Shown in pieces: positions 63,023 to 64,000 of a stretch of DNA of 64,000 nucleotides. This DNA comes from an uncultured Spirochaetota bacterium (GTDB taxonomy: Bacteria; Spirochaetota; Spirochaetia; SZUA-6; Fen-1364), in contig CAVUXE010000059.1 of NCBI GenBank assembly GCA_963745235.1, forward strand, positions 1 through 64,000, given 5' to 3'. Under the pieces are notes generated by a model. That model was not told the origin of the DNA, ran no database searches, and saw only the letters and a program-made list of their open reading frames with translations. The translations under genes were made by a program, and so were the position numbers. Numbering within the stretch: the stretch's first letter is position 1; each line of letters starts with the position of its first letter.

Positions 63023-64000
63023 ATGGAATCGGAGATCCTCGAGCTTGCGAAGCAGATCAGAAGCCGCGCTCGTCCCGCCGCGCCCTCCTTTTTCGACAGG
63101 GTCATGGATGCGGCCATGGAGGACAATGATCTCAAGGCAGATCTCTTCCACCTTCTCGACGTTCTCCCCATGCTCACCACGGACGCGGAGGTGAGCAGGC
63201 ACGTTCGGGAATACCTGCTGCAGAAACCCCGCAAGCTTCCCCCATTCCTCGCGGCGGCATTCCAGGCTGCGGGAACAAACGCCTTCTCCGGCATTGCCGC
63301 CCGCGCGGTCCGCGGCATCGCGCGGCAGATGGCGGAGCGCTTCATCGTCGGCGCCTCCGTCCCCCAAGGCCTGGAATGCCTTGCGCGGCTGCACAACGCG
63401 GGCTTCGCTTTCAGCGCTGATCTCCTGGGTGAAGCCACTGTGAGCGATGCGGAGGGAGAGGCCTTCTTCCATCGCTACTCGCAGCTCATCGAGACACTCT
63501 CCCGCGAGACCTCGCGATGGACGGCGCAGCCCCTTGTCGATGCCGGGCCCCGCGGGCCCATTCCCCGCGCGAACGTGTCCCTCAAGCTGTCCTCCCTGGT
63601 TCCGCGCCTCGATCCCCTGGACCATCAGGGGAGCGTCGAACGCCTCGTGAGTCGCATGCGCCCGTTGTTTGTCAGGGCGCGACAACAGGGGGTGGCTCTT
63701 GTCATCGACATGGAGCAGTGGGACCTGCACGGTATCGCGTGGGACGTCTTCGAGAGCCTGGTCACACGGCCGGACCTCGCGGATTGGCCGCACTTCGGGA
63801 TCGTGGTGCAGGCATACCTCAGGGCCGCTGCCGACGATGTGGGCAGACTGCTCGCCATTGCGCGGCGCCGCGGGACTCCCCTGTCCGTGCGGCTCGTGAA
63901 GGGAGCGTACTGGGACTACGAGGTTGCCCGCGCCCGTCAGCACGGCTACCCCTGGCCCGTTTTCACGGGCAAGGAGCGCACCGACGCGAGCTTTGAAGCG
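63023..64000 (+). CDS. putA: Proline dehydrogenase (PutA-type), truncated by the window end
   Basis: Read directly from the sequence: MESEIL..., LF.LLDVLP, RFIVG, DLLGEA, VSLKLS, IDME, GIVVQAYLR, VRLVKGAYWDYE. Confidence 0.9.
   Translation, partial: MESEILELAKQIRSRARPAAPSFFDRVMDAAMEDNDLKADLFHLLDVLPMLTTDAEVSRHVREYLLQKPRKLPPFLAAAFQAAGTNAFSGIAARAVRGIARQMAERFIVGASVPQGLECLARLHNAGFAFSADLLGEATVSDAEGEAFFHRYSQLIETLSRETSRWTAQPLVDAGPRGPIPRANVSLKLSSLVPRLDPLDHQGSVERLVSRMRPLFVRARQQGVALVIDMEQWDLHGIAWDVFESLVTRPDLADWPHFGIVVQAYLRAAADDVGRLLAIARRRGTPLSVRLVKGAYWDYEVARARQHGYPWPVFTGKERTDASFEA

Overview
High-GC bacterial chromosomal region, most likely a free-living Spirochaetia genome. That assignment is inferred from the FlgD-Ig/OmpA lipoprotein, the groEL without an adjacent groES and the yajC-secD-secF architecture. 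Housekeeping content: a trpE-trpGD-trpCF-trpB-trpA operon, a stand-alone trpB2, aroE, pdhABC-lpdA, zwf-opcA-pgl, birA, groEL, yajC-secDF, tkt and the 5' part of putA. Accessory content: a TetR-controlled LolCDE-like ABC locus, and a GpgS/GT4/HAD/antiporter/ClC cluster that probably makes a glucosylglycerate-type compatible solute. About 14 genes between 3.7 and 51.3 kb carry single-base frameshifts, best explained as long-read assembly errors. No rRNA, tRNA, CRISPR array or mobile element was seen. The most notable signal is non-coding. Two unannotated, apparently leaderless Trp-rich leader peptides (upstream of trpE and of trpB2) are each followed by two tandem intrinsic terminators. In both, the 3' arm of terminator 1 can pair with the 5' arm of terminator 2, suggesting a relay-type double attenuator. 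Other signals are GGA-loop (CsrA-site-like) hairpin repeats around groEL, an RBS-sequestering hairpin, and many promoters whose -10 box lies 6-9 nt before the start codon.
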